Notes: generated from the letters alone by a model not told the origin. A stretch of 64,000 bases of DNA from Thermoproteota archaeon (GCA_029258885.1 JAPDJW010000002.1:96001-160000), one strand, 5' to 3'. Counted from the first letter of the stretch, positions 44,136 to 54,929 are shown. Made by a program: numbers and translations.

Positions 44136-46809
44136 CTCCGTATTTGCGGATAAACTCTAAGCTCTCTATTAACGTATCCTCTGTTATCGACGGCTTAATT
44201 CTTGATACGATTGCAGCGATATCCTTCATGGTGACCTTAACATCCTCTCCCTTAATCTTCCTCCTAATTACGGCCATCTTTGCTTCCTTACATATGGCAA
44301 CTATATCGGCGCCAGAGTATCCTCGGGTAAGTTCAGCGAGTTTCTTAAAGTCTACGTCTTCAGCTAACGGTAGCCCCTCGAGGTGTTTCCTGAATAATTT
44401 CTCCCTAGCCTCAGTGCCCGGCGGCGGAACGTATATCAGCTTATCGAAACGCCCAGGCCTTAGGAGGGCCGGATCCAGAGCAAGCGGCCTATTGGTAGCC
44501 GCTAGAACAACTACGTTCCTCTTATCAACTATTCCATCCATTTCATAGAGTAGTTGGGCTACAACCCGCCTATAGACCTCGTCATCCGTTAGATCCCTCC
44601 TAGGGGCTATAGCATCTATTTCATCGAGGAATATCACAGACGGCGAGTTTTCATACGCTCTATTAAATGCATCCTTAAGCTCCTTCACGGCATCCCTCCC
44701 AGATATATCGCTGCATCTAACCTCGATGAAGGGAACTTTCAGCTTTTCAGCCGCAACCCTAGCTAACAGGGTCTTCCCGCATCCAGGTGGACCAAATAAA
44801 AGTATTCCCCTAACAACATTACTAATACCGTATTTTTCAAGTAACTCCGGATACTTCAGCGGTATCTTAATGGATTCAATAAGTATTTTCTTAGCTTCAT
44901 CGAGACCGATCACGTCGTGCCAGCTGAGTTTAGCCTGCTTTCTAGGCTTAAACCTCCTCCTCTCGTATTCAAGCTTAAACCTCTCGTACTCCCTCATCAT
45001 CTCCAACGTTATGCTGGGCTTATAGCGCCGAATAACCTTAATGAAGTCAGACATACACACCGGCCTTTCTTTCCCATATTCGAGGGCATACCTCACAGCC
45101 TCCCTAGCAGCCTCCTGGCAAACTATGGCTATGTCGGCACCAGAAAACCTCTCAGTGAGTTCGGCAAGTCTATCGAAGTCGACGTCTCCAGCAATAGGCA
45201 TGTTTCTAGTATGAATTCTAAATATCTCAGCCCTAGCCTCCTTATCAGGCGGTGGAACGTATATCAGCTTATCGAAACGCCCAGGCCTTATTAAAGCTTT
45301 ATCGAGAACCTGAGGCATATTAGTGGCACCAACAATGAGTATTCCATCGCTACTCTCAAGTCCATCGAGCTCAGCCAACATTATGCTTAAAAGCCTCGGG
45401 GAAACGTCGTCGGTCGAGTAGGAATCCCTACTCCTACCGAGTGCTTCAAGTTCATCGAAGAATAAAATACAGGGAGCTTCGTTTCTAGCCTTTCTAAATA
45501 TCTCAGCCATCTTATGCTCGCTCTCGCCGTACCATTTACTTAAAATATCGCTACACTTAACGTAGAAGAACTTAAAGTTTAGGTGTGTGGCTAGAGCTTT
45601 CATCAGCAGTGTCTTGCCGCATCCAGGAGGACCGAAGAGGAGTATGCCTTTAGGCGGCTTCAATCCATATTTTCTAGCTACCTTTCTATTCCTCAGAGGC
45701 CACACGATTGTTTCGATAATCTCCCTTTTAACGTCATCCAGCCCCCCGATATCGTTGAACGTAATCTTATTCTTTCTTGAAGGCTTATAGCTCCTAATGC
45801 CAAGCCTATCTAGGGACGCCACAACCTCAGCCTTAGACGTTAACTGTAAAGCCTCGCTAACAATCGATAGCCTACTGAAGGTGAGTGAGAGGGATGCTGA
45901 AGTAATAAGGAAGGGAACGTAGAAATCCGGATCCGGGAAGTAGCCGAACGCCATCCTACTTATAAGTAGATACGTTGAAATAATTATTCCCGAAGCAATC
46001 AATCCAGCGAAAAGTCCACTAAGCCATGAGTTAAGCCTACGTGCAATGTAGGACACCATATAGCATGTAAGCATTATAGTCATAATCTGAATTGAGACAA
46101 TGCATCCCCTACCAGCTAGAAAAACGAGCGTATCACCTATAATTCCAAACGAGGACAGCAGCTCAGCCATGCCTACATTGGGGATAGCCTTACTAAGGTC
46201 GTCAAGCGATGCAATCGGGGGCTTAAAACCCCCCACTATAGGAGTACCCGATGGGAGCACTATCATGGAAATAACCTGATAGCTTCCAAAGCTACTCCTA
46301 GTCCACAGGCCTATGAAAGTGGCTCCCAAGCCGTACATCATTCCTAGGAATAGCGCGGAGAGCGGCTGTACCATAGTTGAGCCTGCCACTATTAAAGCTA
46401 TTGAAAGCATATCCAGGTGAGGGTATAGGAGGGCCAGAGAGAGGGACACATAGAGTATTAGTACGCCGATCCAATTTCTTATGAACGCTAGGGAGGCAAG
46501 CGCAAATAACGCATAGCATATTCCCAACGTAACGTCCTGATACAGAGCAGCGGGGACGCCTATAAGCGCCACAAAAGCTGTAGCGGCCATGGGGCTCTTA
46601 ATCGATAGCAGTATCGATAAAATAATGAGTATTACGGATACGAAGCTCGGGTAGAAGGGTATTGCATTAAACAGTAGATGCTCCAGTATTACTAGGGCAA
46701 GTATCCTAAACATGTATGAAGCTATGGTCCTAACTAGATCGATCCTCATGCTACCACTATGCAGAGAATAGAGTCCATTTATTAAGTAAAAGTAGCTAGT
46801 GTTCTTCAA
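44125..46809 (-). CDS. Double-AAA (CDC48/VAT-like) ATPase with a polytopic N-terminal membrane domain
   Basis: Two GPPGCGKT Walker A motifs, FFDELE and FLDEID Walker B motifs, and RPGRFD SRH motifs. The first ~315 aa are mostly hydrophobic helices. The start may be the ATG at 46749. Confidence 0.9.
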   Translation of the reverse strand: MKNTSYFYLINGLYSLHSGSMRIDLVRTIASYMFRILALVILEHLLFNAIPFYPSFVSVILIILSILLSIKSPMAATAFVALIGVPAALYQDVTLGICYALFALASLAFIRNWIGVLILYVSLSLALLYPHLDMLSIALIVAGSTMVQPLSALFLGMMYGLGATFIGLWTRSSFGSYQVISMIVLPSGTPIVGGFKPPIASLDDLSKAIPNVGMAELLSSFGIIGDTLVFLAGRGCIVSIQIMTIMLTCYMVSYIARRLNSWLSGLFAGLIASGIIISTYLLISRMAFGYFPDPDFYVPFLITSASLSLTFSRLSIVSEALQLTSKAEVVASLDRLGIRSYKPSRKNKITFNDIGGLDDVKREIIETIVWPLRNRKVARKYGLKPPKGILLFGPPGCGKTLLMKALATHLNFKFFYVKCSDILSKWYGESEHKMAEIFRKARNEAPCILFFDELEALGRSRDSYSTDDVSPRLLSIMLAELDGLESSDGILIVGATNMPQVLDKALIRPGRFDKLIYVPPPDKEARAEIFRIHTRNMPIAGDVDFDRLAELTERFSGADIAIVCQEAAREAVRYALEYGKERPVCMSDFIKVIRRYKPSITLEMMREYERFKLEYERRRFKPRKQAKLSWHDVIGLDEAKKILIESIKIPLKYPELLEKYGISNVVRGILLFGPPGCGKTLLARVAAEKLKVPFIEVRCSDISGRDAVKELKDAFNRAYENSPSVIFLDEIDAIAPRRDLTDDEVYRRVVAQLLYEMDGIVDKRNVVVLAATNRPLALDPALLRPGRFDKLIYVPPPGTEAREKLFRKHLEGLPLAEDVDFKKLAELTRGYSGADIVAICKEAKMAVIRRKIKGEDVKVTMKDIAAIVSRIKPSITEDTLIESLEFIRKYGVRI
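44426..45290. repeat. 37-bp identical repeat between the two AAA domains (44426-44462 and 45254-45290)
   Basis: ggaacgtatatcagcttatcgaaacgcccaggcctta occurs twice and encodes RPGRFDKLIYVP. Confidence 0.85.
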
Positions 46810-47017
46810 TTATAATATGTCAATATATTCCCAGGAATATCGGATAGCATTATTTATGCTAAAACATGTCATACTCTCACTCGATGTTACTTGAGATTGT
46901 GGAGGGAAGCATGGTCATATAATGGGAAGATGAGTCTAGCTATAGCTGAAAGCCGGGAGTATTAGATTTAATGTTTAAATAATCTACTGATATATCATAT
47001 CACTCGAGGTTGGTTAT

Positions 47018-48130
47018 ATGGCTTCAATATCATACGATAGAAGGATTGAAAGAGTAAAAGAAAAACTTTCGGGGGATAAATTAAATGCTGTAATATTATT
47101 CGATCCATTAAATATAGCCTATTTAACAGGTTTTGACTCGGCATCTGCATGTATAGTTCCCCTTGAGGGAAATGTAGAGGTAATAGTGCCTAGGCTTGAG
47201 TACTTTAGGGCACGGGACACGGCTAAGCATTGTGAGGTAGTAGGCTATTCAACCTACGAATCGGAAACTCTATCTGAGGAAAAAGTGATATTTAAGGACT
47301 TAACTGCCACTATAATTGAATTAGTGAAGGAAAACATTAGTAAGGGTAGAGTAGGCGTTGAGGCAAGTAGAATTAGAACTAAAACACTCGAAAAAATGAG
47401 GAGTGAATTGAAGGATTATGAGCTAGTTGATATTTCTAAGCTAATTACCGACATGAGGATGTGCAAGGATGAGGAGGAAATTAATGCATTAAAAGAGGCA
47501 ATAAAGGTAGCTGAAGAGGCCATGGGTATAGCAGTAGAGCTATCAAGGGAGGGTGTAACAGAGGCCGAAGTAGCATCGGAAGTACTTAGAACCATAAGCC
47601 GTAAGGGGCTGTTATGGTCGTTTAACCCAATAGTAGCGTCAGGTCCAAACTCAGCCTATCCACACGCCGTGCCGACTACGAGGAGGATGTCTAGAGGGGA
47701 TATTGTGGTAATAGATCTAGGCGCCAGGTACAAGGGATACTGTTCCGATATGACTAGGACGATAATTATAGGGGAGAAGGATAGCAAGTACGCTAAACTA
47801 TACAATGCTGTCTTAGAGGCTCAGGTAAAGGCTATTGAAGAGATTGGACCTGGCGTAAGCGCGGCACATCCGGATAGCATTGCAAGAAAAATATTGAAGG
47901 AGAAGGGGTTAATACAGTACTTTAATCACTCTCTCGGCCACGGCGTAGGGCTTGCAGTTCACGAAGCACCAGCGTTATCTCCTAAGTCAGAAAATGTCGT
48001 ACTTAGGCCTGGAGTAGTTGTCACCGTTGAACCTGGAGTATACATACCCGGATACGGTGGAATAAGGATAGAGGATATGGTTCTAGTAACCGAGGATGGG
48101 TGTAAGGTGTTAACCAGTTTCCCGAAGTAG
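47018..48130 (+). CDS. Xaa-Pro peptidase (M24 family)
   Basis: IDLGARYKGYCSDMTRT, HSLGHGVGLAVHE, TVEPGVY and RIEDMV. Confidence 0.93.
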   Translation: MASISYDRRIERVKEKLSGDKLNAVILFDPLNIAYLTGFDSASACIVPLEGNVEVIVPRLEYFRARDTAKHCEVVGYSTYESETLSEEKVIFKDLTATIIELVKENISKGRVGVEASRIRTKTLEKMRSELKDYELVDISKLITDMRMCKDEEEINALKEAIKVAEEAMGIAVELSREGVTEAEVASEVLRTISRKGLLWSFNPIVASGPNSAYPHAVPTTRRMSRGDIVVIDLGARYKGYCSDMTRTIIIGEKDSKYAKLYNAVLEAQVKAIEEIGPGVSAAHPDSIARKILKEKGLIQYFNHSLGHGVGLAVHEAPALSPKSENVVLRPGVVVTVEPGVYIPGYGGIRIEDMVLVTEDGCKVLTSFPK

Positions 48131-48157
48131 TCGTAAATGGGATGAATGTAATTAGCC

Positions 48158-48742
48158 ATGGTAGGAATCTATAAGAAGGCTCTAAGAGTATTAGGAATAG
48201 CAGAGAGTTACGTTAGAGGTAAGAGCAGGGAGTCGTTGCTTGCTGGAGTTGTTATGCGAGGGGACTTCATTATAGATGGCTTTGCTTTCACAAAAATTAC
48301 CGTTGGAGGCATGGATGCAACGGAGGGAGTATTGAGGATATATAAGCTCTTAAATAGGGAGGATATCAGCATTATAATGTTGAATGGATGTATAATAGCG
48401 TGGTTCAATATCATTGATATAGATAGGGTATATGAGGAGACGGGAAGGCCTGTAATAGTTGTAACCTACGAGGAGAGTGAAGGTATAGAGGATTTCATAA
48501 AAAGATACTTTCCAGAGGATGCTGAAGAAAGGATAAGAATGTATAGGAAGCTGGGATCAAGGCAGTTTTTTAGGCTTAAGACGGGATACACCGTGTACAT
48601 TAGAACACAAGGGATAACGTACAGGGATGCATGTGTTATTCTGAATAGATTCACTGTTACTGGCTCTGTGCCAGAGCCTCTCAGGGTTGCAAGGCTTCTA
48701 GCTAGACAAATAAATAAAAATATCTTGGCGAGAAATTACTAG
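48158..48742 (+). CDS. DUF99 family protein (EndoV-like)
   Basis: RVLGIAES, ITVGGMDAT, GCIIAWFNIID and PEPLRVARL. Confidence 0.88.
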   Translation: MVGIYKKALRVLGIAESYVRGKSRESLLAGVVMRGDFIIDGFAFTKITVGGMDATEGVLRIYKLLNREDISIIMLNGCIIAWFNIIDIDRVYEETGRPVIVVTYEESEGIEDFIKRYFPEDAEERIRMYRKLGSRQFFRLKTGYTVYIRTQGITYRDACVILNRFTVTGSVPEPLRVARLLARQINKNILARNY

Positions 48743-48833
48743 TATTATCCCAATGCTACCGGAATATATATTTATACCCTCTGGAGAGAAAATCATTATC
48801 TAAAAATACCTCATAACATCTTAGTCTTTAGGA

Positions 48834-49391
48834 GTGAATATTATGTCCGGAACAGCGAAGGTCGTATCCGATAAGTTTCAGGAGAAGATAGACAAGCTGA
48901 GGAGCATAGTTAAGAGTAATGATGAGGCGCTTAAGGTTATAAGCGACATCGAGCAGTTGCTAAACAAGGCAGACTACGTCATAATCCTCGGAGTAAAGAG
49001 GTTAATGAAGGAGAATAGGGAGAAATTCTCCCATACACTTGATAAAATGAGGAGGGATGAGGACTTCAGGCGTTTCATAGAGATAGCAAGATACCCGTGG
49101 GGAGGAAACGTAACCATAGCTAGGCTTTTCCAGATACTTTGGGTAATAACAGCGGCCTTAGCTTTCATGATGGGTATATACCTATTCTTCCCGCCCTACC
49201 TGTTTTTCGGTGAAGTTAGAGGAGGTAATGCTACAGCATTAATAGAGAGGACACTTGAAATAGTATCTAAGAACCCACATATCCTCATGGTTATCGATCC
49301 TCTGTTTAAAGTTTTAGGCTTCGTACTTATGATCATAGCTATATTAAGCCTCTATCAGGCCCACATGATAGGGGCTGCAATTAAAAGGTAG
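48834..49391 (+). CDS. Hypothetical membrane protein
   Basis: Coiled N-terminus with two C-terminal TM helices; co-directional with the permease. Confidence 0.6.
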   Translation: MNIMSGTAKVVSDKFQEKIDKLRSIVKSNDEALKVISDIEQLLNKADYVIILGVKRLMKENREKFSHTLDKMRRDEDFRRFIEIARYPWGGNVTIARLFQILWVITAALAFMMGIYLFFPPYLFFGEVRGGNATALIERTLEIVSKNPHILMVIDPLFKVLGFVLMIIAILSLYQAHMIGAAIKR

Positions 49392-49392
49392 A

Positions 49393-51414
49393 TTGGGGCC
49401 TAAAATGGGCCATGAAATACCTATGACTAGACTAAAATTGAACGTACTTGATTTCATATCCATAATTATAAAGTATCTAATGTTCATGGCTGGAGTGCTA
49501 GCTTTTCTTCTATTGGTATTTCTGTTCTCACTTATTCAAGTAAGGTTTATGCCGCAGGAAATAATAGATGGTTTCACAGCGTTGCTCTTCATACCCCTAA
49601 TAATGGATCTCATACTCATCTCGCCTAATCTGCCAACGCTCCTTCTCTTCTTCTATTTAATACCGCTCCTCCTAATAATCATCGTAATAGCTAGAATATC
49701 ATTAACCAAAATACTAGGCTCTGGCATAATACAAGCCGTAAGTATTAAACCAAAACTAGGCAGAAGGAGAAGAGAGAGAAAATACGGTTTGCTTACTCTT
49801 TTATCCGTGAGCATAGGAGCTACGATAGGTCCTTCAACATTTGTATTGTGTCCTAATAGCGTAAAACACTTTGGAGCTTACGCTCTGCCGGGGATGATTC
49901 TATCCTCAATATCATCAATACTTCTAGCATATGCCTATGGTAAAATGTACTTCTACAGCAAGAAGCTTGGAAACAAGATAGTTGGAGGACCATCATTCGT
50001 TGGAAACGCCTTCGGCGTAAAACATTACCTATACATGGTTTCAAGATTCACTATGTGGATTGGAAATGTGGCGTTAGCAGCTTTCAACCTACTAATAATC
50101 ATTAGCCTTGTAACAGAGTACATGTTGCCGCTGTTCCTTCCATGGCTCGACTTAAGCACTAATTCAATATTATATTATGGCCTTAAAGTAGCTCTCTTCA
50201 TATTGCTTTCAACGATAGTCATAGTAAGTTATGAGGGATGGGAGAAAATGGTAAGCCTACAGTCGATTCTAACGTCGATATTCTTCTTTCTCCTAATCTT
50301 ACATATATATTTCATGGCCACATACTATAATGTTTCAATAATCCCCCCATTACATGAGCTGAATTTCAATCCATCAACTAGTGGTGTGGAATCCTTAATA
50401 CTAGGAACTCTAACATCAGCGGCATACGTTTATCTAATGGTTTTCGGATTCCAGGAAGTTCAGAGCCTTGGGGAGAACGTTAAAACCAAAGCCGAGAAGC
50501 CAGCATTGATGTTAAAGGAGGCTGCATCTATATTGAGGAAAGCAATGCTGGGAGGTTCTCTAATATCATCTATAATATTCATACTATATATAAGTATGTA
50601 CATAAATATGTCTGAGAAAGGCTATGAGATACCATCCACACTTATCCCAGCTCTGGATATGGCTAAGCCATCCTATGCGGCTTTTCTAATAACATTATCC
50701 TGTATATCCCTAGGAATATTAACTACTTACATACCAGCCTTTGTGGCTGCATTAAAACACCTAAAGGAGCTGACATCAGACGTATTCTTCATACCTATAA
50801 GGGAGGTCAGGCTCGACCCATACATAATAATAGCATTCATGGGTCTACTTCTTTTGACGCATTCAGAGTACATAATAAAGCTCACAGACTTCTCCATACT
50901 GATATCACTATCAATAATCTCAATCTCGGAGCTAAGGCTGCGATCAAGATTTACCAGAACAAAATCCAAGCTATCACTGGACAGCATTAGGATAATATTT
51001 ACCTCTATACTGATCCTATCCGTTGCCTCAATATTCTCAACGGTTTATCAAGAGGTAGCAATAAATAGCATAATTTTCATGATAATGTCAACGCTAGTGT
51101 TAATGTTCCTAAGCTATGAAATACTAATGATTGAGGTATTTGCAGTAACGATGATGTTCTTTTCCCTGATAATAACTCCACCGTTAATTAGCGTAATAAG
51201 CGAGTTCGCAAGTTACGGGATGGCAACACCAGCGGATATAGCAATAGCACAAGCCCTTGTAACAACATCATGGATAATATACTTCATATTCATAGTGCTG
51301 TTAGTGCATATAGTCATCGAACATAGACAGGAGATATCGAAGATGGCTAGTGAATTAATGTTAATCTTAAGAACATTTGTTAACAGGATAGTTAAAAGAG
51401 CGAAAATAAGGTAA
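49393..51414 (+). CDS. APC-superfamily (amino acid) permease with extra TM segments
   Basis: SIGATIGPSTF, GGPSFVGNAFG and FGFQEVQSLGENVK. Confidence 0.8.
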   Translation: MGPKMGHEIPMTRLKLNVLDFISIIIKYLMFMAGVLAFLLLVFLFSLIQVRFMPQEIIDGFTALLFIPLIMDLILISPNLPTLLLFFYLIPLLLIIIVIARISLTKILGSGIIQAVSIKPKLGRRRRERKYGLLTLLSVSIGATIGPSTFVLCPNSVKHFGAYALPGMILSSISSILLAYAYGKMYFYSKKLGNKIVGGPSFVGNAFGVKHYLYMVSRFTMWIGNVALAAFNLLIIISLVTEYMLPLFLPWLDLSTNSILYYGLKVALFILLSTIVIVSYEGWEKMVSLQSILTSIFFFLLILHIYFMATYYNVSIIPPLHELNFNPSTSGVESLILGTLTSAAYVYLMVFGFQEVQSLGENVKTKAEKPALMLKEAASILRKAMLGGSLISSIIFILYISMYINMSEKGYEIPSTLIPALDMAKPSYAAFLITLSCISLGILTTYIPAFVAALKHLKELTSDVFFIPIREVRLDPYIIIAFMGLLLLTHSEYIIKLTDFSILISLSIISISELRLRSRFTRTKSKLSLDSIRIIFTSILILSVASIFSTVYQEVAINSIIFMIMSTLVLMFLSYEILMIEVFAVTMMFFSLIITPPLISVISEFASYGMATPADIAIAQALVTTSWIIYFIFIVLLVHIVIEHRQEISKMASELMLILRTFVNRIVKRAKIR

Positions 51415-51418
51415 ATGG

Positions 51419-52258
51419 GTGATATATATTATATATGATCTACATGTACATACTGGATACACCAAAGATGTTAAGGGAAATTATTCAATAGAGGATTATT
51501 ATAGGAGCGCCATTAAGGCCGGAATACGTGGAATATGTGTAACAAACCATTTCGAGTATCATCCAGAGCGTGGATTGGTGCCAGGAAACACTATTATGCC
51601 GGAGCAGATAGACACCCTAATAAAGGAGTTCGATAAAGCTAGGGAAAGTATAGGCTCGAACATATACTTAGGGCTTGAAGTAACTTTTTCGAGAAGATAT
51701 CTCAGGGACATAAGGAAAGTCCTCGAAGACTATGAGCATATGTTCGACTTCATAATAGGCTCGATACACTACGTTAAAAGCTACGAGATAACGGAAAGCT
51801 ATCCTCCACTAAGCTTCTTCAGAAAATACAGTGAGGAGGAGGTTTATAAAATGTATTTCAGGGAGGTCGAGGAGGCAATAGAATCCCAGCTCTTCGACGT
51901 AATAGGCCATCCAGACGTCATAAGAAAACATGTAGTAAAATACTATGGACATGAGCTTGAAACCAGTATGTACATAAAGATAGCCGAGAGGTCGATAGAG
52001 ATGCTTAAAGAATACAACACGGGGATAGAGATAAACACTTCAGGCTTCAGACACGGCATAAATAGCTTCTACCCAAGAGACATATATTTAGAAACCTGCT
52101 GGAAATATGGGATAAAATACATAACGTACGGATCCGATGCACACAACCCCCAACACGTAGGGTACATGTGGAGAGACGCCACTAAGAAGCTGAAGGACTT
52201 AGGATATAGAGTCGTATACTACTACGTCGGTAGAAAGCCTAGGGAGTTGCTCCTTTAA
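51419..52258 (+). CDS. PHP-family histidinol-phosphatase (HisJ-like)
   Basis: DLHVHT, TNHFE, IGSIH, GHPD and GSDAHNP. Confidence 0.85.
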   Translation: MIYIIYDLHVHTGYTKDVKGNYSIEDYYRSAIKAGIRGICVTNHFEYHPERGLVPGNTIMPEQIDTLIKEFDKARESIGSNIYLGLEVTFSRRYLRDIRKVLEDYEHMFDFIIGSIHYVKSYEITESYPPLSFFRKYSEEEVYKMYFREVEEAIESQLFDVIGHPDVIRKHVVKYYGHELETSMYIKIAERSIEMLKEYNTGIEINTSGFRHGINSFYPRDIYLETCWKYGIKYITYGSDAHNPQHVGYMWRDATKKLKDLGYRVVYYYVGRKPRELLL

Positions 52259-53205
52259 AATACCAAATCTGCTATATCTATAATCATTGAGCCTATTTCA
52301 ACTATCGATGTAAAAAGCCTTTCCAGTTCAGGATACTCCTCACGTAGCCTTTCACTATCACTTAAAATACTCCTAAAAAGCTTATAGGATTCGCTCGCTA
52401 GCTTCAGATTTCTCCTACTATATGCAACTAAAACATTATCCTGAAGCAAACATAATCTATCAGTAAGTCTAGTGAGGCTCTTACGAATCTTTCCATCAGC
52501 TCTAAATCCAGAAGCTAAAATATCCATAACAGTATTAGCAAGCTTCTCGCCAAGATCAGATAGCCTTTCAATATAGTGTACGATAAACCTGTAATCCATT
52601 AACTTCACTCCATCAGTTTCACCGCTTGCAAGAAGCTTACATAGATTGCTTATAGACGACCTAATAATCCTAACAGAATAGAAGTACAGTTTATCCACAA
52701 CATTATCTCTATCAACAACTAGCTTAGCTAGCCTTTTATCATTATTCAATAAAGCTCTAATAGAGTCCCTATACATAGACTTGGATATCTCATTCATACG
52801 CCTAATAACGTTACTTAAATCCCTATATCCTCCAACAAAACACTGGAGAATAACTTTATCCCCTTTATCCTCTACAACCTCAAGACCGAGAAGGCTTCCA
52901 GCAACATCGTAGATAACGGACTTAACGGTCTCGCTAAGAACGCCGCGACCATGTATCTCAATTATATCATAGCCACTAAGGTATGCTGAAATAATCCGCC
53001 TACGTAGAAACTCATCAACACTAATCCTAACACTCTTAGCTTCAGTCTCCCGTTCAACCATAATAGGCTTAATAATTATCGAGCTGTCAGAAGCTACCTC
53101 AACTCTCAACGGCGAGCCCTTCTCTAGACCCAACGACTTAACCCAACTCACTGGAAGCGATACATAGTAGGATCCACTTATACTTAACAGCTTCCTCGTA
53201 GACAT
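52255..53205 (-). CDS. AbrB-PhoU phosphate uptake regulator
   Basis: RKLLSISGSYYVSLPVSWV N-terminus; DNVVDKLYF and IERLSD PhoU motifs. Confidence 0.85.
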   Translation of the reverse strand: MSTRKLLSISGSYYVSLPVSWVKSLGLEKGSPLRVEVASDSSIIIKPIMVERETEAKSVRISVDEFLRRRIISAYLSGYDIIEIHGRGVLSETVKSVIYDVAGSLLGLEVVEDKGDKVILQCFVGGYRDLSNVIRRMNEISKSMYRDSIRALLNNDKRLAKLVVDRDNVVDKLYFYSVRIIRSSISNLCKLLASGETDGVKLMDYRFIVHYIERLSDLGEKLANTVMDILASGFRADGKIRKSLTRLTDRLCLLQDNVLVAYSRRNLKLASESYKLFRSILSDSERLREEYPELERLFTSIVEIGSMIIDIADLVF

Positions 53206-53298
53206 GTTCTCATACCCTAAACATACACTAAAGACTTTAAAAATTTAACGATAAAGTTAAAATCTCTATTAAAGAAAATCTTACATGGTGAAGGCTAC

Positions 53299-54117
53299 AT
53301 GAAGAGAAGTACATCATTAAACATCGCTGCAACCGCTATAGGAGCAGTCCTATACGCCTTAGGTGCATTTATAACCTCATATATAAAGAGCCCATGGGGA
53401 ACAGGCCAATTTAGGCCAGCCATAGTCATACCCAGCATATTCTCACTCCTCTTCGGACCCTATGTCGGAGGCGTGAGCGCAGCAATAGGAACATTCATAG
53501 CCGATTCTCTAAGCCATGGACAACTATACTTCAAGAGCCTAATAGCAGCCGTACCATCAAACTTCATCGCATTCTTCATCTTCGGCAAAATGATGAGCAA
53601 AAACGTATCCTGGCGCAAATTCGTAATAGCAAGCATAGTAACCCTATTAATAGGCAACCTAACCTGCGCAATCCTGGTAGCACTATACTACCTACTGTTC
53701 GTACCAGCTATAGCCTCGAAACCCGCCATATTCCTAGTAAGCCTAGTAATAGGATTAACTCTCTGGTGGTATTCGACAATGCTCCCATTCCAGCTCTTCA
53801 TTATTCCACCAGTACTAAAGGTTATAGTTAAGGCTCTGCCGAGCGTAGTACCGGAGCACATTAGAGCCTTAAGCTTATCAAAGGAGTTCCCCCAAAGGGA
53901 GTTCGCTCTTTCACTAATAATTCCGGGTCTAATGCTGTTAGCTATAGTTGGCTCCACATATGTCAGTGAGGGAGTAACATATATACTCGTAGGAGGGTTA
54001 AAGGAAGCACTTAGAGGCGTGGTATTATCTCTAATAAGGTTCATGTTTGGAGCCACTGGAGTAATACTAACAGCGTTAGGTATATACTCAAACTATATGT
54101 ACATGAGAAGCAAGTAA
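53299..54117 (+). CDS. ECF transporter S-component-like membrane protein
   Basis: GQFRPAIVIP...FGPYVGGVSAAIGTFIAD. Confidence 0.75.
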   Translation: MKRSTSLNIAATAIGAVLYALGAFITSYIKSPWGTGQFRPAIVIPSIFSLLFGPYVGGVSAAIGTFIADSLSHGQLYFKSLIAAVPSNFIAFFIFGKMMSKNVSWRKFVIASIVTLLIGNLTCAILVALYYLLFVPAIASKPAIFLVSLVIGLTLWWYSTMLPFQLFIIPPVLKVIVKALPSVVPEHIRALSLSKEFPQREFALSLIIPGLMLLAIVGSTYVSEGVTYILVGGLKEALRGVVLSLIRFMFGATGVILTALGIYSNYMYMRSK

Positions 54118-54146
54118 TAAATTTTGGATTATTCATATTTCTTGAC

Positions 54147-54929
54147 GTGAAGGATAAGCTGTGGATAATGGTTAAGAAAGTTATTAGGCAGGCAGATGTA
54201 GTACTAGAGGTAGTTGACTCGAGAAACCCTGAGGGAACTAGATCTAGGATCGTCGAGAGGTACGTGAAGTCTCTCGGGAAGCCACTTATCATAGTAATTA
54301 ATAAGGCTGACCTAGTGCCTAGGGAGGTCTTAGACGAGTGGAAGAACGTATTGAGTAGGGAGTTTCCAACAATATACATAAGCGCTCAGAAGAGGCTTGG
54401 AACCAGAAGGCTGTGGATAATACTCAAGAAATATAGAAGAAATAGTAAGCTTAAGGTAGCAGTCGTAGGCTATCCAAACGTTGGAAAATCGATGATAATC
54501 AACTTATTGAAGGGTCGGCACTCGGTAGGCACATCGCCTATACCAGGATTCACTAAGCATACACAAGCTGTTAGGGCAGCGAAATGGCTTAAGGTAATAG
54601 ATACCCCTGGAGTAGTACCGTTGAGGGAGAAGGATGAGGTAAGCTTAGTCCTAAAGTGTTCAATAAGCCCCGAGGAGCTTGAGGATCCAGTTACTCCAGC
54701 TCTCGGCTTAATTAAAATAGCATTAGAGAAGAATCCAACAGTATTTAAGGAAACCTATGGAATAGAATCCACCAACCCATTAAAGATCATTGAGGAGCTA
54801 GCCGAGAGGAGAAAGTTATACTTAAAGGGCGGACGGCTAAACATCGAGGAAGCCGCCAGAATAATCATTAGAGATTGGCAAAAAGGCAAGCTAGTTTTCT
54901 ATTTCCTCCCGAATGAGCCCATAGGCTAA
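54147..54929 (+). CDS. Circularly permuted YlqF/RbgA-family GTPase
   Basis: Order NKAD - ISA - GYPNVGKS - DTPG (G4-G5-G1-G3). Confidence 0.92.
   Translation: MKDKLWIMVKKVIRQADVVLEVVDSRNPEGTRSRIVERYVKSLGKPLIIVINKADLVPREVLDEWKNVLSREFPTIYISAQKRLGTRRLWIILKKYRRNSKLKVAVVGYPNVGKSMIINLLKGRHSVGTSPIPGFTKHTQAVRAAKWLKVIDTPGVVPLREKDEVSLVLKCSISPEELEDPVTPALGLIKIALEKNPTVFKETYGIESTNPLKIIEELAERRKLYLKGGRLNIEEAARIIIRDWQKGKLVFYFLPNEPIG

Noticed and set aside
46925-46950. AAGATGA-12 nt-CTGA half C/D motif upstream of the M24 peptidase
   Set aside because: Only one box pair, with no second C'/D unit at suitable spacing; could be chance
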